64,000 nt of DNA, taken from contig MCFE01000243.1 of NCBI GenBank assembly GCA_002104905.1, positions 53,349 to 117,348 of the forward strand. The letters are read 5' to 3'. The notes under the pieces were generated by a model that saw nothing but the letters and a program-made list of their open reading frames with translations, did not search any database and was not told where the DNA came from. The stretch comes from Basidiobolus meristosporus CBS 931.73 (lineage: Eukaryota > Fungi > Basidiobolomycota). Positions within the stretch are counted from its first letter, which is position 1; each line of letters begins with the position of its first letter. Both the position numbers and the translations under genes were made by a program. Below are positions 41,632 to 53,372 of the stretch, in pieces.

Positions 41632-41804
41632 TGAAGGTGTTATAGTAAGGGCTAGGAAAAGGTTAGAAGAGCAGGGGGTCTGGGGGACGCAGTCCCCTAG
41701 AGAATAAAAAAGCAGGGGGTTTGGGGGATGCAATCCCCCATACTGCTCCCATACACTTTAAATTCCCATTGGATTACTTTTCTCTCATTCTTGGTTCTGG
41801 TCCC
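41632..41804. other. Short unassigned fragment with two GC-rich GCA-triloop hairpins, flanked by telomeric repeats
   Basis: ggggac-gca-gtcccc and gggggat-gca-atccccc. Confidence 0.6.
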
Positions 41805-41820
41805 TTAGGGTTAGAATTCC

Positions 41821-42218
41821 TTAGGGTTAGGGGGAGGAAAGTCACCAAGTGGTGAAATCTTTATTTACTTATGACAAGTATCTAAAGAAGCCATGTTAAT
41901 CTGAAGTAATTCCTAGAAAGCTAGGTCTGAGAGATATCTTCCTGGTAAGCCAGGTCTGAGAGGTGAGAGGCTGAGTGGTACTATATTTCCTAGTTAGCTA
42001 GGTCTGAGAGAGGTTTCCTGGAAAGCCAGGCCTGAGAAGTGAGAATCTGAATATATCTGAGCTAAGTTATACTGCTTTGCGGTAGCTGAATTGTGGCCGG
42101 AATGGCCAGTAGACTGGGGGAACTGAGATGAATTTCTGGGCGATCACTGGCCAAATTTACTAGGCAAATCTGGCCAATTAGCATTTCAAGGATTTCAGCC
42201 AATCAGAGCCTTTACTTT
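41821..42218 (-). mobile_element. SINE family C copy 1 (5'-truncated, head missing)
   Basis: Near-identical to the 3' 400 bp of 54715-55235; telomeric tracts on both sides. Confidence 0.88.
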
Positions 42219-43161
42219 GGGTTAGGGGGGAGACAGTCACCAACAGGTGAAATCTTTATTTCAGTTGAAACAAAGAAGCCAGCGCTACTGTTGTAGCTTT
42301 GATACAAGAGTGTGTAGCTGAGGGGAATTTGTAGGTAAGTTAATAAGAAGTGATGATAGTTCTTCAGTGCTCAAGACACTGTTCAGTGGGAAGGGGGTAG
42401 CAAGAGAGGTAAGAATGACTTGTGAACAACATTAATGAGGGGAATGTGATAAGGATTGATATTCATCATAAAGGGAGTGTGCTGCTGCAGATATTGCTGC
42501 CAAAGGTCTGTCAAGTACTTCAGGTAGGCCAGCTTGGGTTTTTCTGACTGCAGAATAAATTCAGCAAACTTCTTGACTTCAGGATCTCCAAGTATAGTTC
42601 TCCAGCAGGAGTCAGGTGTAGTGTGGTGTGTTCTCTTCCAGGCCTTAATCAGTGGGTTGTTGCAGTTGTGAAGTCTGAGGTATAATCTGGTTCTAAGGTA
42701 GAGAAGTCTGATCTTATAGGGCATAAACCCAAAAGCACCAAGAATAGCATGTCTGTAGGGGCATTCAGGCAAATGAGGCACCAAGGAGGTAATGCACCAT
42801 ACTGCAAACTTGTCAAGCTTGGTGCAGTCTCTAGAAGTAAGAGAGAGAAGTGGTAAGCCAAATTCCAGGACAGGGAAGACAAACTGCTTGAGTAGAAGAA
42901 GGCAGCTGGGAGCTGAAGTTGTAGGAGGAGTAACAGCTAGTAGCCTGTGGAGTGCCTGTCTTGCCAGGATAATTCTCTTCTTCAGGTGTGCTCCAGAGTC
43001 TAGTCCAGTAGGAAGGAAAGGAAAGCCAAGATATGTAGCAGAAACCTGAGCAGGTAGAGTGGAGTTCTCCAAGTTGATGGGAGAGCCCAAAGGTACTGTC
43101 TTTGCAATGGAAAGCTGGAGATTATTCTGCTGCAGATACTGGTGGATAGTCTGGGAGTCTT
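42219..43161 (-). mobile_element. LINE family A copy 2 (5'-truncated)
   Basis: Matches the 3' 0.9 kb of copy 1; capped by TTAGGGTTAGGG. Confidence 0.92.
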
Positions 43162-43234
43162 AGGGTTAGGGGGGGAGACAGTCACCAACAGGTGAAATCT
43201 TTATTTCAGTTGAAACAAAGAAGCCAGCGCTACT
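43162..43234 (-). mobile_element. LINE family A copy 3 (3' terminal about 60 bp only)
   Basis: ggggagacagtcaccaacaggtgaaatctttatttcagttgaaacaaagaagccagcgctactg followed by telomeric repeats. Confidence 0.88.
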
Positions 43235-43390
43235 GGGTTAGGGTTAGGCTTTTAGATACTTTATTGTGAATTTCATATAGTGCTTACTAATACAAAGAGA
43301 AAAGTACAATAGGTAGCTATACATGAACATCTGAAAGAATAGCTATTGCTGGCTCTATGATGCCTAACTAATACTATAAGGGCACTCTTG

Positions 43391-46379
43391 CTACTCAATA
43401 TATGTTGAATGCAGCAACTCTGGCCTAATTGCTGAGATTATAGCTGACAGCCTCATGATGAGTGCTTTTTGAGAATGAAACTGAAACAGTGCATCAGTAT
43501 CTTTAAAACCAAAGCACTTCTCAGCATGAGTATAGTGAAAGTAGCTATTGCATCTTGGGCACTTAGAACCCAAGCACAAAGTACTCATTCTCCATCTGAT
43601 TGCTTGCAGTGCAAAAAAGCAATCACTGATGTAGAAAGAAACATCTGCCTGGCTATTGGAATGACGACTTGTAGCTGAGATCAGTCCAATTCTGTCTCTT
43701 GATGTTGAGACTCTGGAAATATTGTTAAGCTTTCTGAGAGCCATAGCCACAGAAAGTGGTACATGTGTAGACTCTTTCTCAATCAAATATCCTTGGTAAC
43801 CTTTTGAGCAGTGTATATCTTGATAAATCAGAGAACCTTTGGAGACAGGCATTTTCTCAGTCTTAATGCCTCTCACTAAGCTTTGCAGTGGATTATTTGG
43901 AGATGCTTGGGCATAATGATTGCCAAACTTGATTCCTAGTGTTTCAAATCGATCACAAACTGCTTCAATTCCACATATGCTACAAATCAGTCTTTTATAC
44001 TGCCCAGTGTGATAGTTTGAAGCATTCACTACCCAGCCAAGTGCTTGCTGCTGAATAAGCTCAAGCTTTAGCAATTGCAACTTGCAGAGTGATATATTCA
44101 TGACAGGGGCAGCATACTCCCATCTTGATCGGATATAATCCCTAAATAAATGTAGCTTCACTAGTGGATGCCATCCAGAGCTATTGTGCTGAAGTACTGC
44201 TAGTGTACTTGCTGCCTTAGACACACAGCGCTCAATATGCAGAGGCCAGTCTATTCCTTTGTTGGTAACAGGGAGTCCTAAATAGAAGTATGTGGATGGC
44301 ATTGGGAGCTTTATACCACCCCATGAGATATTCCATGAAGGATCTGAACCGATGAATGCAGATTTGGAAATGTTAACTTCCATTGCATTCTTTGAGCACC
44401 ATAGACTTAGGCTATCCAACATCAAGTTAGCATGCTTGATAGTGCTTGGTATAAGCATAATATCATCAGCAAACAGCAATACGGAAGGAATTGTTGTTGT
44501 ATTTGCAAATGAAGCTAAGTCACCAGCCAAATCATTGATGTAAATATTGAAAAGAAATGGCGACAGCAGTGAGCCTTGAAAAAGACCACGGTATCTTGGA
44601 AATGGCAATGAACGCAAGCCATTAATACTGACAGTAGAGTAGCAGTTGGTAAATAAAGAGTATATTAGCTTCAAAAGCTGCATTGATGCTCCTAGCAGCT
44701 GTAGCTTGTGGAGTAGCTTAGGAATTATTACTCGATCATAGGCCTGTTTAAGATCAATGAATATGCGATTTGCTCTTGTATTTTCTCCCATAAGATAGAA
44801 TAGATCATGGGATATTACTGAGTGTGTAATGGTGGAGTAGCCTTTGCGGAAGCCTGCCTGTAGTGGATGGAGTCTGGACAGCTCTAATGTGTTCATGTGC
44901 TTGAGTAGACATGCTTCAAATAGTCTTCTGAACATGGTGGTTAGAGCCACTGGCCTAAATCCATCAATTGTAGTGGATGAAGTCTTCTTTGGGATTGGAT
45001 GAATATGGGATATGTTCCACTGAGATGGGGTGCAACCCAGTCTAAGGCAGGAGTGAAACAATAGCAGCAGATCATTGAGAAAACTTGATGATTGCGACAG
45101 AGCTTTGATAATGCGGATGTGCAATGGATCCATCCCAGATGACTTAGATGAAGGATATTTGCGGATTACATCCACAAGCGTACTTAGCTCAAATGATGAG
45201 GATGAAGAAAGCAAGTCTTTAAAGTGCATTCTACTTGGAGGTACATAACCTTCCAAAAGCTCAGTTGGAGTGGGCATTGCAAAAATCTGCTTATAATAGT
45301 TGACCGCATCATCTAAAGCAGAAATGCAAGTGTCCCTTGAGTTAATAAATAAATGCGCATTTTGTATTCTTTGTGTACTTTTATAAAGCCTAGAGGCCTC
45401 TTGAGCTGCAGTCCTGGAGTTGCTCATCTTAAATATGCGCATTGTGGACAAGTTTGGTGTCTGATGCTTTTGTTGCACAGAGTAACTTCCAAGGAAATAT
45501 TCACAGGTGGAGACCACTATTGAATTGAAAAGGGTGCTGGTTGCATCAATTGCGGCAGTTATCTTTGGCATTGGGCTCTGGCTATTGAGCTGACTAAGGA
45601 GCTTCCAAGCTGGCACCAGCATTGGTGACTCCATCTCATAATGGGAGCTAATAAGACTTTCGGATTATAGGGTTGTCTAATGGCTGCAAGTAAAGTTTGA
45701 TAGCATCTGATTCATAGTGTGTATGCATGACTTGCTGACGTAAGGAAATATCTGCTAGCATGAATACATGATCTGAGTGTGCCTTAAGTGTCTCACACTG
45801 AAAGGACCACTTACTGGGGTACCTATGGCTGATAAATGCATGATCTGGGGTATTCTTAGGTAGGCTTGGTATGAGATGCCGAAGGCCCAGTTGCAATGCC
45901 AATTGCTCAAAAATATTAATGCGTTCTTGTGGTCCCACCCTCTGTACGCCATGTGCACTACCAAAGTGCGTGTTGATATCTCCAATCAAGGCTGTGAGTG
46001 GTTGGCATGGCAGATACCTCACTAGGGTTGAGCATGGCATAGCTGGGGGGAAATATACCGCCATAATGCTTACAGAGCATAATTCAATAGTGATGGTATA
46101 CTCTGTAGCTATGATGCTTGAAACCTGACTCCGCAACTGGGGAGAAATCAAACATAAAAGACCAGCTTTGTGATGACCACGTACTGGCTTTGGAGCAACT
46201 TGAGATGATGAAGCAAGAAAGCATGGGTGTGACACATGCAATGCTTGGTCTACAAACCATGTTTCAGCTAAAAAAATAATATCATATGGGTTGTCTAATA
46301 AGCAAGTAACTTTTTTCCACTTCACGATGCTTAATCCACAGCAGTTCCAATACCCTATCTTGAGGGATGGCTGGGTCAT
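43391..46379 (-). CDS. Family B ORF2: APE endonuclease, RT and C-terminal CX2CX7HX3C; one frameshift at about 45650-45665
   Basis: APE motifs WNCCG, FLAETW, YFPP, GDIN, PDH, SDH; RT motifs FRPVAL, QAGFR, IDLKQAYD, GLFQGSLLSP, LFADD, YLG; CPRCNSYFHYTHAEKC. Confidence 0.88.
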
Positions 46380-47968
46380 TGACAGCACTCAGGGGGGGAG
46401 TGCTGCTCAATATCTGTGACAACAATTTCATCCGGGTTGGGTGCAATATCCATTGCACCAGCTGTTGAAGTGGAAGGCTCTTCTACATGTGGGCTAGGTG
46501 ATATGGGAATGCTACATTCATTGCATAGGTCAGCTAAGTACTGCTTATACTGGGAGTTATTTGACAAGGTGTAAGATTGCTGAATTCGCTTCATATATGC
46601 CATTTTCACTTTCTGCGCCACTTCTGCAGAAGCATTAGGATCTAATGGCTCTGAGGGGTTCACCTTTGAGAGCAGTGACAGGAAGGGATACTTGCGCATA
46701 TGAGTAACAAAAGATCGAGCATATGAGGCAGAGAGTGTAAATTCCACAGTACTTTTTCCAATAAAGTCAACACTCCATATTTTGGAGAGTTGGAACCGCA
46801 ATGCATATAAAATAGACTTGACATCCCTAATGGGCTGTCGCTGTATCCCCTGAAGATAAATTTGGCAGCATTGATGCCTTACTTCAGCTCTTGTAGTGGT
46901 AAATGGAGGCTTTGCTCCAACACATTTCCGCATGGCTGCCTCCATTCTTTCCATCTCTGCTTTTGTTCCTGACCTTGCACATCTTTTGGCAATCTCTGCA
47001 AATGTTGGTCTTTTGGATTTTGCTATACATTTGCTATCAGGCGTTTTTATTTGCAAGTCTTTATTGCTAGCTTCTTGTTGCGTCCCATCTATGTGGGTTG
47101 CTGGCTTTTCCACATGGATTGCATTCTTTAGCATTTGCAATTCCCGCTGTTGGGAATTGCATGTATCCTTTATTTGCGCATTCTCTTCTACCAGTGACTT
47201 TTGTACTGCCAAAGCAGTCTTGTCAAGTGCAGAGCTGCTTTGCAACCCAGAAGAGATGGCTGTTTGCAATCCAAGCAGGTTTTCAATCAGCAATGTGAGT
47301 TTCTCTAGTTTGGAGTCAAATGATTGAAGTTTTACATTGACTGACTTCAAACTGTTTTCTAATATATTGATTCGTGAGTGTGCACTTGATACAACCTTAT
47401 CTTCATGTGACGGTGAGTGGGCCTTCCGCCTCTTAGGGTGTTTTGACTGATACACCCTTTCAACACTAAATACATCATTGACCTGTATATCACTGGATTC
47501 ATCATTTGATGAGTAGCCTGAGTACTCCGGCTCTCCAGAGGAGGTAGCAAGAATTGCTGTACTCTCATTATTAATCAGTGTTACTTCTGCAGTGGGAAGA
47601 TTGTTGATCTCTGACGCAGAGCAAGAAGCCCATTTTGATTTATGCTGTGTGTTATTTGCAGGCAGTAGGTCTGCTGAGAGAGAAAGGCATTCGGTCCAGA
47701 ACTGCAAAGCCTTATATTTTGTGGCACAGTTTTTGCAGCGGAAGCAGCCATAAGTAGCTAAACCACTGCCATTTGAGTCTTTTGTAAACCCATAACCTGG
47801 ACCACATTTTAGACAAGTAGCATTGTGTGGATTACTCCTATAGTATGCCAGCGCAGATTTACTTGGCTCCATTTCCCAGTACCACCCTCTGGCAGGGGAA
47901 GTTACAGAAGTGTTAGGGGAACTAGTAGCCGTATTAGAATTGTGATTATTTTCTGATGGTAAAGTCAT
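46376..47968 (-). CDS. Family B ORF1 (zinc-ribbon-like N-terminus, coiled coil, C-terminal domain)
   Basis: 530-aa ORF; CLKC...CKNC; stop overlaps the ORF2 start as ATGA. Confidence 0.8.
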   Translation of the reverse strand: MTLPSENNHNSNTATSSPNTSVTSPARGWYWEMEPSKSALAYYRSNPHNATCLKCGPGYGFTKDSNGSGLATYGCFRCKNCATKYKALQFWTECLSLSADLLPANNTQHKSKWASCSASEINNLPTAEVTLINNESTAILATSSGEPEYSGYSSNDESSDIQVNDVFSVERVYQSKHPKRRKAHSPSHEDKVVSSAHSRINILENSLKSVNVKLQSFDSKLEKLTLLIENLLGLQTAISSGLQSSSALDKTALAVQKSLVEENAQIKDTCNSQQRELQMLKNAIHVEKPATHIDGTQQEASNKDLQIKTPDSKCIAKSKRPTFAEIAKRCARSGTKAEMERMEAAMRKCVGAKPPFTTTRAEVRHQCCQIYLQGIQRQPIRDVKSILYALRFQLSKIWSVDFIGKSTVEFTLSASYARSFVTHMRKYPFLSLLSKVNPSEPLDPNASAEVAQKVKMAYMKRIQQSYTLSNNSQYKQYLADLCNECSIPISPSPHVEEPSTSTAGAMDIAPNPDEIVVTDIEQHSPPECCQ

Positions 47969-48112
47969 GATTGCATTAAACTGGCGGTAGTTGCAGCTTT
48001 TATAGCAACTAAAACATATGGTGACGTATTCTTGAGAGCATTTGAAGTGAAGGCTGTTTCACTTGAATTGGAACATGCTGCACTGGCTTATTACAACTGG
48101 TCACAGGCAAGG

Positions 48113-48553
48113 ACATTTAATACAAGACATAACTAACGGTTTTGGGGAGTTGGTGCGCATTTGTGTAAGGTGCTAGTAGTAGGTGAAATATAGTTTTGAT
48201 GAAGCTTTGGTATATCACGGCACCACGCGGTAGTAAAGCAAACCAAGATATTATGACAACAACATTTAACACAAGACATAACTAAAGGTTTTGGGGAGTT
48301 GGTACACATTTGTGTATGGCACTAGTAGTAGGTGGAATGTAGTTTTGATGAAGCTTTGGTATATCATGGCACCACGTGGTAGTAAAGCAAACCAAGATTT
48401 TATGACAACATTTAACACAAGACATAACTAAAGGTTTTGGGGAGTTGGTACGCATTTGTGTATGGCACTAGTAGTAGGTAGAATGTAGTTTTGATGAAGC
48501 TTTGGGATATCTTGACACCACGCGGTAGTAAAGCAAACCAAGATTTCGTGACA
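48113..48553. repeat. Three tandem 146-149-bp units upstream of family B ORF1
   Basis: Units begin acatttaa(t/c)acaagacataac at 48113, 48262 and 48408. Confidence 0.9.
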
Positions 48554-48570
48554 GGCTATGCAGTAGTTAA

Positions 48571-48974
48571 GCTCAGTGGCTCTCCACCTCCTCTGGAAAT
48601 AGCTACGACACACCATCTGTGGGTGTCGGAAGCCTGATCTTATCCAACTATGGTTCTTGGAAGAATGCAAGAATTGCGACAATCAATGCTTACTGTTGAG
48701 ATTGAAATCTCCCCTAATCAATGCACCCAATATGTTGATGGCACATCATGACGCGTTTTGTTCTTGGTTCAGGAAGAATGGCTCTCATTGGGTTCAGTTT
48801 GTTCCCGCTGCTGGTGATGAGCACCATGGCCAGCGCCTCTTCCTCACCATCCACTTGTCTAGTACAGTCAATGATAACACTTGAAGGCACCCTGGATCTT
48901 GAGCTGTTCAAGGATTCCTGGAAGAAGACTGCCCAACAGTATCTCTCATCCGTGTATATGATAATGACCTTCAG
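48571..48974 (+). pseudogene. Internally deleted relic of NRPS module 4 E domain and module 5 C domain
   Basis: Collinear with 25254-25718 and 26774-26909, with several deletions and substitutions. Confidence 0.9.
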
Positions 48975-49422
48975 TAAATCTTAGATATGTAAACATGATT
49001 TACAAAGCGTAAATCAGCAACAACTGTGGGACTATCTTGAGTACTCTTGCCACCCGCAATCTTCCAAACACTTAGTAAACCCTCTGACGCTGATCTTGGG
49101 GGGAGAATCATTCCCAGCATCACTAATTCATAGCCTGCAACCGTTGATCCCAAACAGCCGTATTGTGAATGACTATGAGCCAACGGAAGCAACAGTGAGC
49201 TCGCTGACATGGGGACGTAGTACCAAAGTGTAATTGACTGCCAGTTCCCCTAGGAGCGGCTGGAGAGTTGTACATTGGCGGAGTTGGAGTGGCAAGATCC
49301 ATTTTCAGGTGAGCAAGATGCAAGAATGTACAAGGCAGGCAATGTTGCTTTCCTTAGTCAAGTCAAGGTTCATATTCTTTAGCATGTCAGTGTTTTGTTA
49401 TGGGATTCTTCAATGCCAACAA

Positions 49423-49719
49423 TGAACCATTAATGTCATATGCACCAACATATTATCACTATTGTCCCCAGACGCCTACCCATTGTTAGACAATGCTCAG
49501 GCATATTCCGCACAGAACACACAGGTGCATTTTGACAAGAATCAGTATGACCAGGTGCACCAAGTAGATCAAACTTTGTACCAACCATCTACGCCAACAT
49601 TTGTGCAATTTTTTACTCCCGATGAGGATGACACTCAAGACTCGAGTGACGACAACGGATCATTGGATTTGACACGCACCGCATTCTCCTTACATTATCA
49701 TGTATCCTACCCTCTATAA
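49423..49719 (+). pseudogene. Acidic Gln-rich small secreted protein family I, fragment
   Basis: AYPLLDNAQ...VDQTLYQP...TPDEDDTQD matches 52167-52469. Confidence 0.7.
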
Positions 49720-49844
49720 TAGCTGACCCTAGCTTGGGGTGACAATACACTCAAGGAGACCCGATTTCCCCACATAAATTGAATAAGCTACTCATTACCT
49801 TCATGACGTTTCTTACCCTTCGCCTGGATTGGTTGCTAGCAAGG

Positions 49845-50043
49845 CCCAAGACCAATGAATGTACGCATCTTTGAGTACAACTGAGCTCATTGCTTGGGTA
49901 TATATAGCATGAGAACCATTATAACATGGTTACAACCTTGATGGTAGCAATAGTTAGTTAACTTTGATGAACTCACACTATATCTGATTGAAAATTGGCA
50001 TTCTCTCTACCATCATCGGCTCAATCGCATTGATATCGCGTAG
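49845..50043 (-). pseudogene. Duplicated promoter and 5' end of the family II gene at 54523
   Basis: Strong similarity to 54485-54690, including the TATATA box and ATGCGT start; signal peptide deleted and stopped. Confidence 0.75.
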
Positions 50044-50280
50044 TCTACATGATTACAGTATGATAAATACACGGATAAATACACGGATAAATACACCAAT
50101 GTATACCCTAATATATACGCATATGCTTTTGATATTTCAGCAGTAGTGTGGTAATTCACGAACCACGGCTGATGATGTTTCATATTAATATAGGGTGACC
50201 AAATGATACATTTATTTAATCAATGTATTGATTCCCACTGAAATATCTGATCTTGATGTGCCGACCTCTTGTACTTCTTC

Positions 50281-50757
50281 TTAGCTACGGGCGGCTGGCT
50301 GGGTGATGATGATCCGGGGCTGTTGCTGCTTAGGCTGATAGAGGGTTTGGTCGACTACCTGCGCTTGGTCAAACTGATTAGAGTTCGACAGGGCATCAGC
50401 ATCACTGGATGACTGAGCGTTCACTCTGTCCAACAAGGCCTGTCTTGGTTGCAGGTCGGCTATATTGAAGTTGGGCATCTCGTAGGATGATTCTGGCTGA
50501 GTTGTAGTGCCATCCATCGAGTCTTCACCTTCACCTTCGCCTTCATCTTCACCCCCATTCTCATCCATATAGTGATCACCCTCGTCCTGTTCCGGCTAAT
50601 AGTCATCTGCAGGCAATTAAGTTTCTTGGTAGCAAGGACTTACTTGCTCCCCGCACAAACTGTCACCATAGCTAACCTGAGAAGAGGTATCTTCTGTGTC
50701 AGTGAATGCATGGATGGAAGCAAAGTACAAAGCGAGTAAAGTTAGAGTAAGCTGCAT
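50281..50757 (-). pseudogene. Family I secreted protein paralog with in-frame stops
   Basis: Signal peptide MQLTLTLLALYFASIHA; two stops; ALSNSNQFDQAQVVDQTLYQP shared with family I. Confidence 0.65.
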
Positions 50758-51126
50758 TTTGATGAATAGCGTAAAACCAGTCGTAAGCTCACTTTATGGT
50801 GGTATTTGGCATAGTCTACTATACTACACCCTATATCTGACTCACTTGAGGCCATGAATTCACATTCTATGTCCTGCTTTTGTTACCCATCAACTAACGA
50901 CTTGTGAAGATATGAGCCCACAAAGATAAACAAAGGTAGTCCCTTAATCAAGCAATGGTGTTTATTTTGTTCTATTGCAATATAGTGTTTCTCCAGTTGT
51001 AGGACGTTCATCCTTGGCTCTATTAGTCGATGATCATTATTTCGAACAACCATTTAGATTTTGACATGGTTTAGTCATTAGCAATCAAGTTAGAGCAAAT
51101 GGTATGGATGATCGAGGTTTATTGAA

Positions 51127-51410
51127 TTATGTGCAGTTGTTGGTACACTGAGTGTCTTCCATAAATTCAGTATACAGCGAGTCCTGCTGAGCACAATCAC
51201 TGTCACACTGAGCATCTTCCACGGGTTCAGTGTACTGCATATCCTGATCAACGCATCCCTCAGCGTACAATATTACTTAGACATTCGAAGTCTCAACAGT
51301 TGGCAGAGCTTGGACTTGCAGGTGGCAATTACATGCTCGGTCGGATCATGACGAACTACGATAATGGACTCTTTTATGGTTGTTTTGGAGCAGCGATGAT
51401 GGCCAGAAGA
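51127..51410 (-). pseudogene. Family II (CxxxC acidic repeat) paralog, decayed
   Basis: HKRVHYR..., PTVETSNV and EDAQCDSDCAQQDSLYTEFMEDTQCTNNCT* match 53945-54523. Confidence 0.75.
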
Positions 51411-51843
51411 AAAGTAAAAAAAGTTGGTGTGATAAATACACATTGATACCCTCAGCAATTACTATTCCCATGAATCTATGATTTCAAACTAACACGACAC
51501 TAGGTTCATGTTTCGACTTAGCTAAGCGGACTTAAGGTGGTTGATGCAAAGCATAATGCAAAATCGTAAATCTGGCTCAGTATACTATCAATTCATTCAT
51601 AATCCCATAATACTCATAAAAATAGCCACAGGTTACTATATCACCGGAGTAGCTTAGCGCCCTTCGACAATGAGATCAAGAACGAAGCCATTCCTGTGTG
51701 CTCACCTCAAGTCATTGTCCCTTCACTACCGTGTATGTCATTCCAAAGTGGTACCGCAAGCCCAGAAATGAAGAGGATTGTTTATTTTTCTTGATGTACT
51801 GAAGTGGTTGGCCGCCTGGATTACGGTGTGAATCAACACCTAT

Positions 51844-52019
51844 TCGCTGATGATTGCAATGAAAGTGAAATGCTGACTAACTCTACTCGCCTTTGCTTCA
51901 TAATTTAGTAAGCTGGGTTTGGTTGCTGATAATCGCTGATGATTGCAATGAAAGTGAATGCTGACTAACTCTACTCGCCTTTGCTTCATAATTTAGTAAG
52001 CTGGGTTTGGTTGCTGATG
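51844..52019. repeat. Direct tandem duplication, unit about 88 bp
   Basis: tcgctgatgattgcaatgaaagtg...gggtttggttgctgat occurs twice. Confidence 0.85.
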
Positions 52020-52068
52020 AATCTAGCAAAGCAACTGTTTGCCTTGCAGTGTGTCATCCAGAGCCAAC

Positions 52069-52469
52069 ATGCAACGCACTTTCCACATTCTATCAGCCCT
52101 AGTATTCCTATTTGGTGTATCTTATGCATCGCCCATTGCAACGTATGACAACCAGCAAGTAGACCAATGGACGGCAATGAACCATCAATGTCATACACTC
52201 CAACATACTATCAACTAGAGTCCCCAAACGCCTATCCATTGTTGGACAACGCTCAGACAAATTCGGCACAGAATGCTCAGGCACTTTCCAACCAGAATCA
52301 ATTTGAGCAAGTGCAGCAAGTAGATCAGACGTTGTACCAGCCATCTGTGCCAACATATGTACAATCAATTACTCCCGATGAGGATGACACTCAAGACGAC
52401 GACGATCAGTCTTCGTGTAAACGTTGCCAACGACGCCATCGTAAACGTAGATACAGAGGCAGCTTTTGA
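52069..52469 (+). pseudogene. Family I secreted protein: signal peptide, frameshift, acidic body, Cys/Arg-rich tail
   Basis: MQRTFHILSALVFLFGVSYASP; about 10-nt deletion relative to the 53.1-kb paralog shifts the frame; ends CKRCQRRHRKRRYRGSF. Confidence 0.7.
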
Positions 52470-52968
52470 CTCAATCGTAAACACTTATTTGGCATTCACA
52501 ATCATTCCCATCATATAATCGCTATCTCTGCAAGCTATCCAACACATACATTTCTTCTGCAAACAAGATTACACCAACTGATACCAGACAGCGTGACCAC
52601 AGGGATGAGTGGAATGAGCATCGTGAAGATTCTGGCAATGACTCCTCAAGCAATAGTGTGAATCATTTTGGTTTTGTACCCTCCAATTTGCGAGCAATAT
52701 TGAATAAACTACTAAAATGGAATAGTGGTGAGCAATCGTGGTGAGCAATCGTGGTGAGCAATAAATCGATGATGGTATTAGCAATGAAGTACGTAGATTG
52801 ATGATACATAGGTTTAATTGGCTGTGGATTGTTTTTATTGATGATTGGCCACATAGAATAGCTATCAACTGAGCTTCGGCTGCTGCTGATGGTTGATAAA
52901 AACAAAAGCAACTTTTTGCATTCCAGTGTGTAACTAAGAGCCAATATGTGACGTAATTTCCGAATTTT

Positions 52969-53052
52969 ATCCACGCATTTTAGCCACGCATTTTATCCAC
53001 GCATTTTAGCCACGCATTTTAGCCACGCATTTTATCCACGCATTTTAGCCAC
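52969..53052. repeat. 13-bp minisatellite CCACGCATTTTA(G/T), about 6 copies
   Basis: Visible tandem units. Confidence 0.9.
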
Positions 53053-53372
53053 CTTAGTATTCCTATTCGGTGTATCCTATGCATTGCCCATTGCTACGTA
53101 CGACAACCAATAAGTAGACCAGGGTGTCCAAGTGGACTATGAGACTGAACCATCGATGTCATATGCGCCGACAGGTTACCAGCTGGAGTCCCCGATCACC
53201 TATCCCTAGTTGGACAATGTTGAAACTAATTCCGTACAGAATGCTCGGGCACTTTCCAACCATCTACGTCGACATATGTGCAATCATTTACCCCAGACGA
53301 GGATGAAAACCAAGACTTGGTTAACCACGATGATCAGCCATCGTGTAGACGTAGATACAGAGACAGCTATTG
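53053..53372 (+). pseudogene. Family I paralog with stops
   Basis: LVFLFGVSYALPIATYDNQ*VDQ...EPSMSY...RRRYRDS. Confidence 0.7.

Larger units (their letters stand above)
43249..48553 (-). mobile_element. LINE family B copy 1, apparently full length (5' tandem repeats, ORF1, APE-RT-CCHC ORF2)
   Basis: 3' end abuts GGGTTAGGGTTAGG at 43235-43248; two ORFs with LINE motifs. Confidence 0.9.

Noticed and set aside
48113-48553. CRISPR-like array
   Set aside because: Contiguous units of about 148 bp without unique spacers, in a eukaryote
52569-52974. Minus-strand ORFs of about 100 aa
   Set aside because: Span short tandem repeats, lack recognisable motifs and have no good start context
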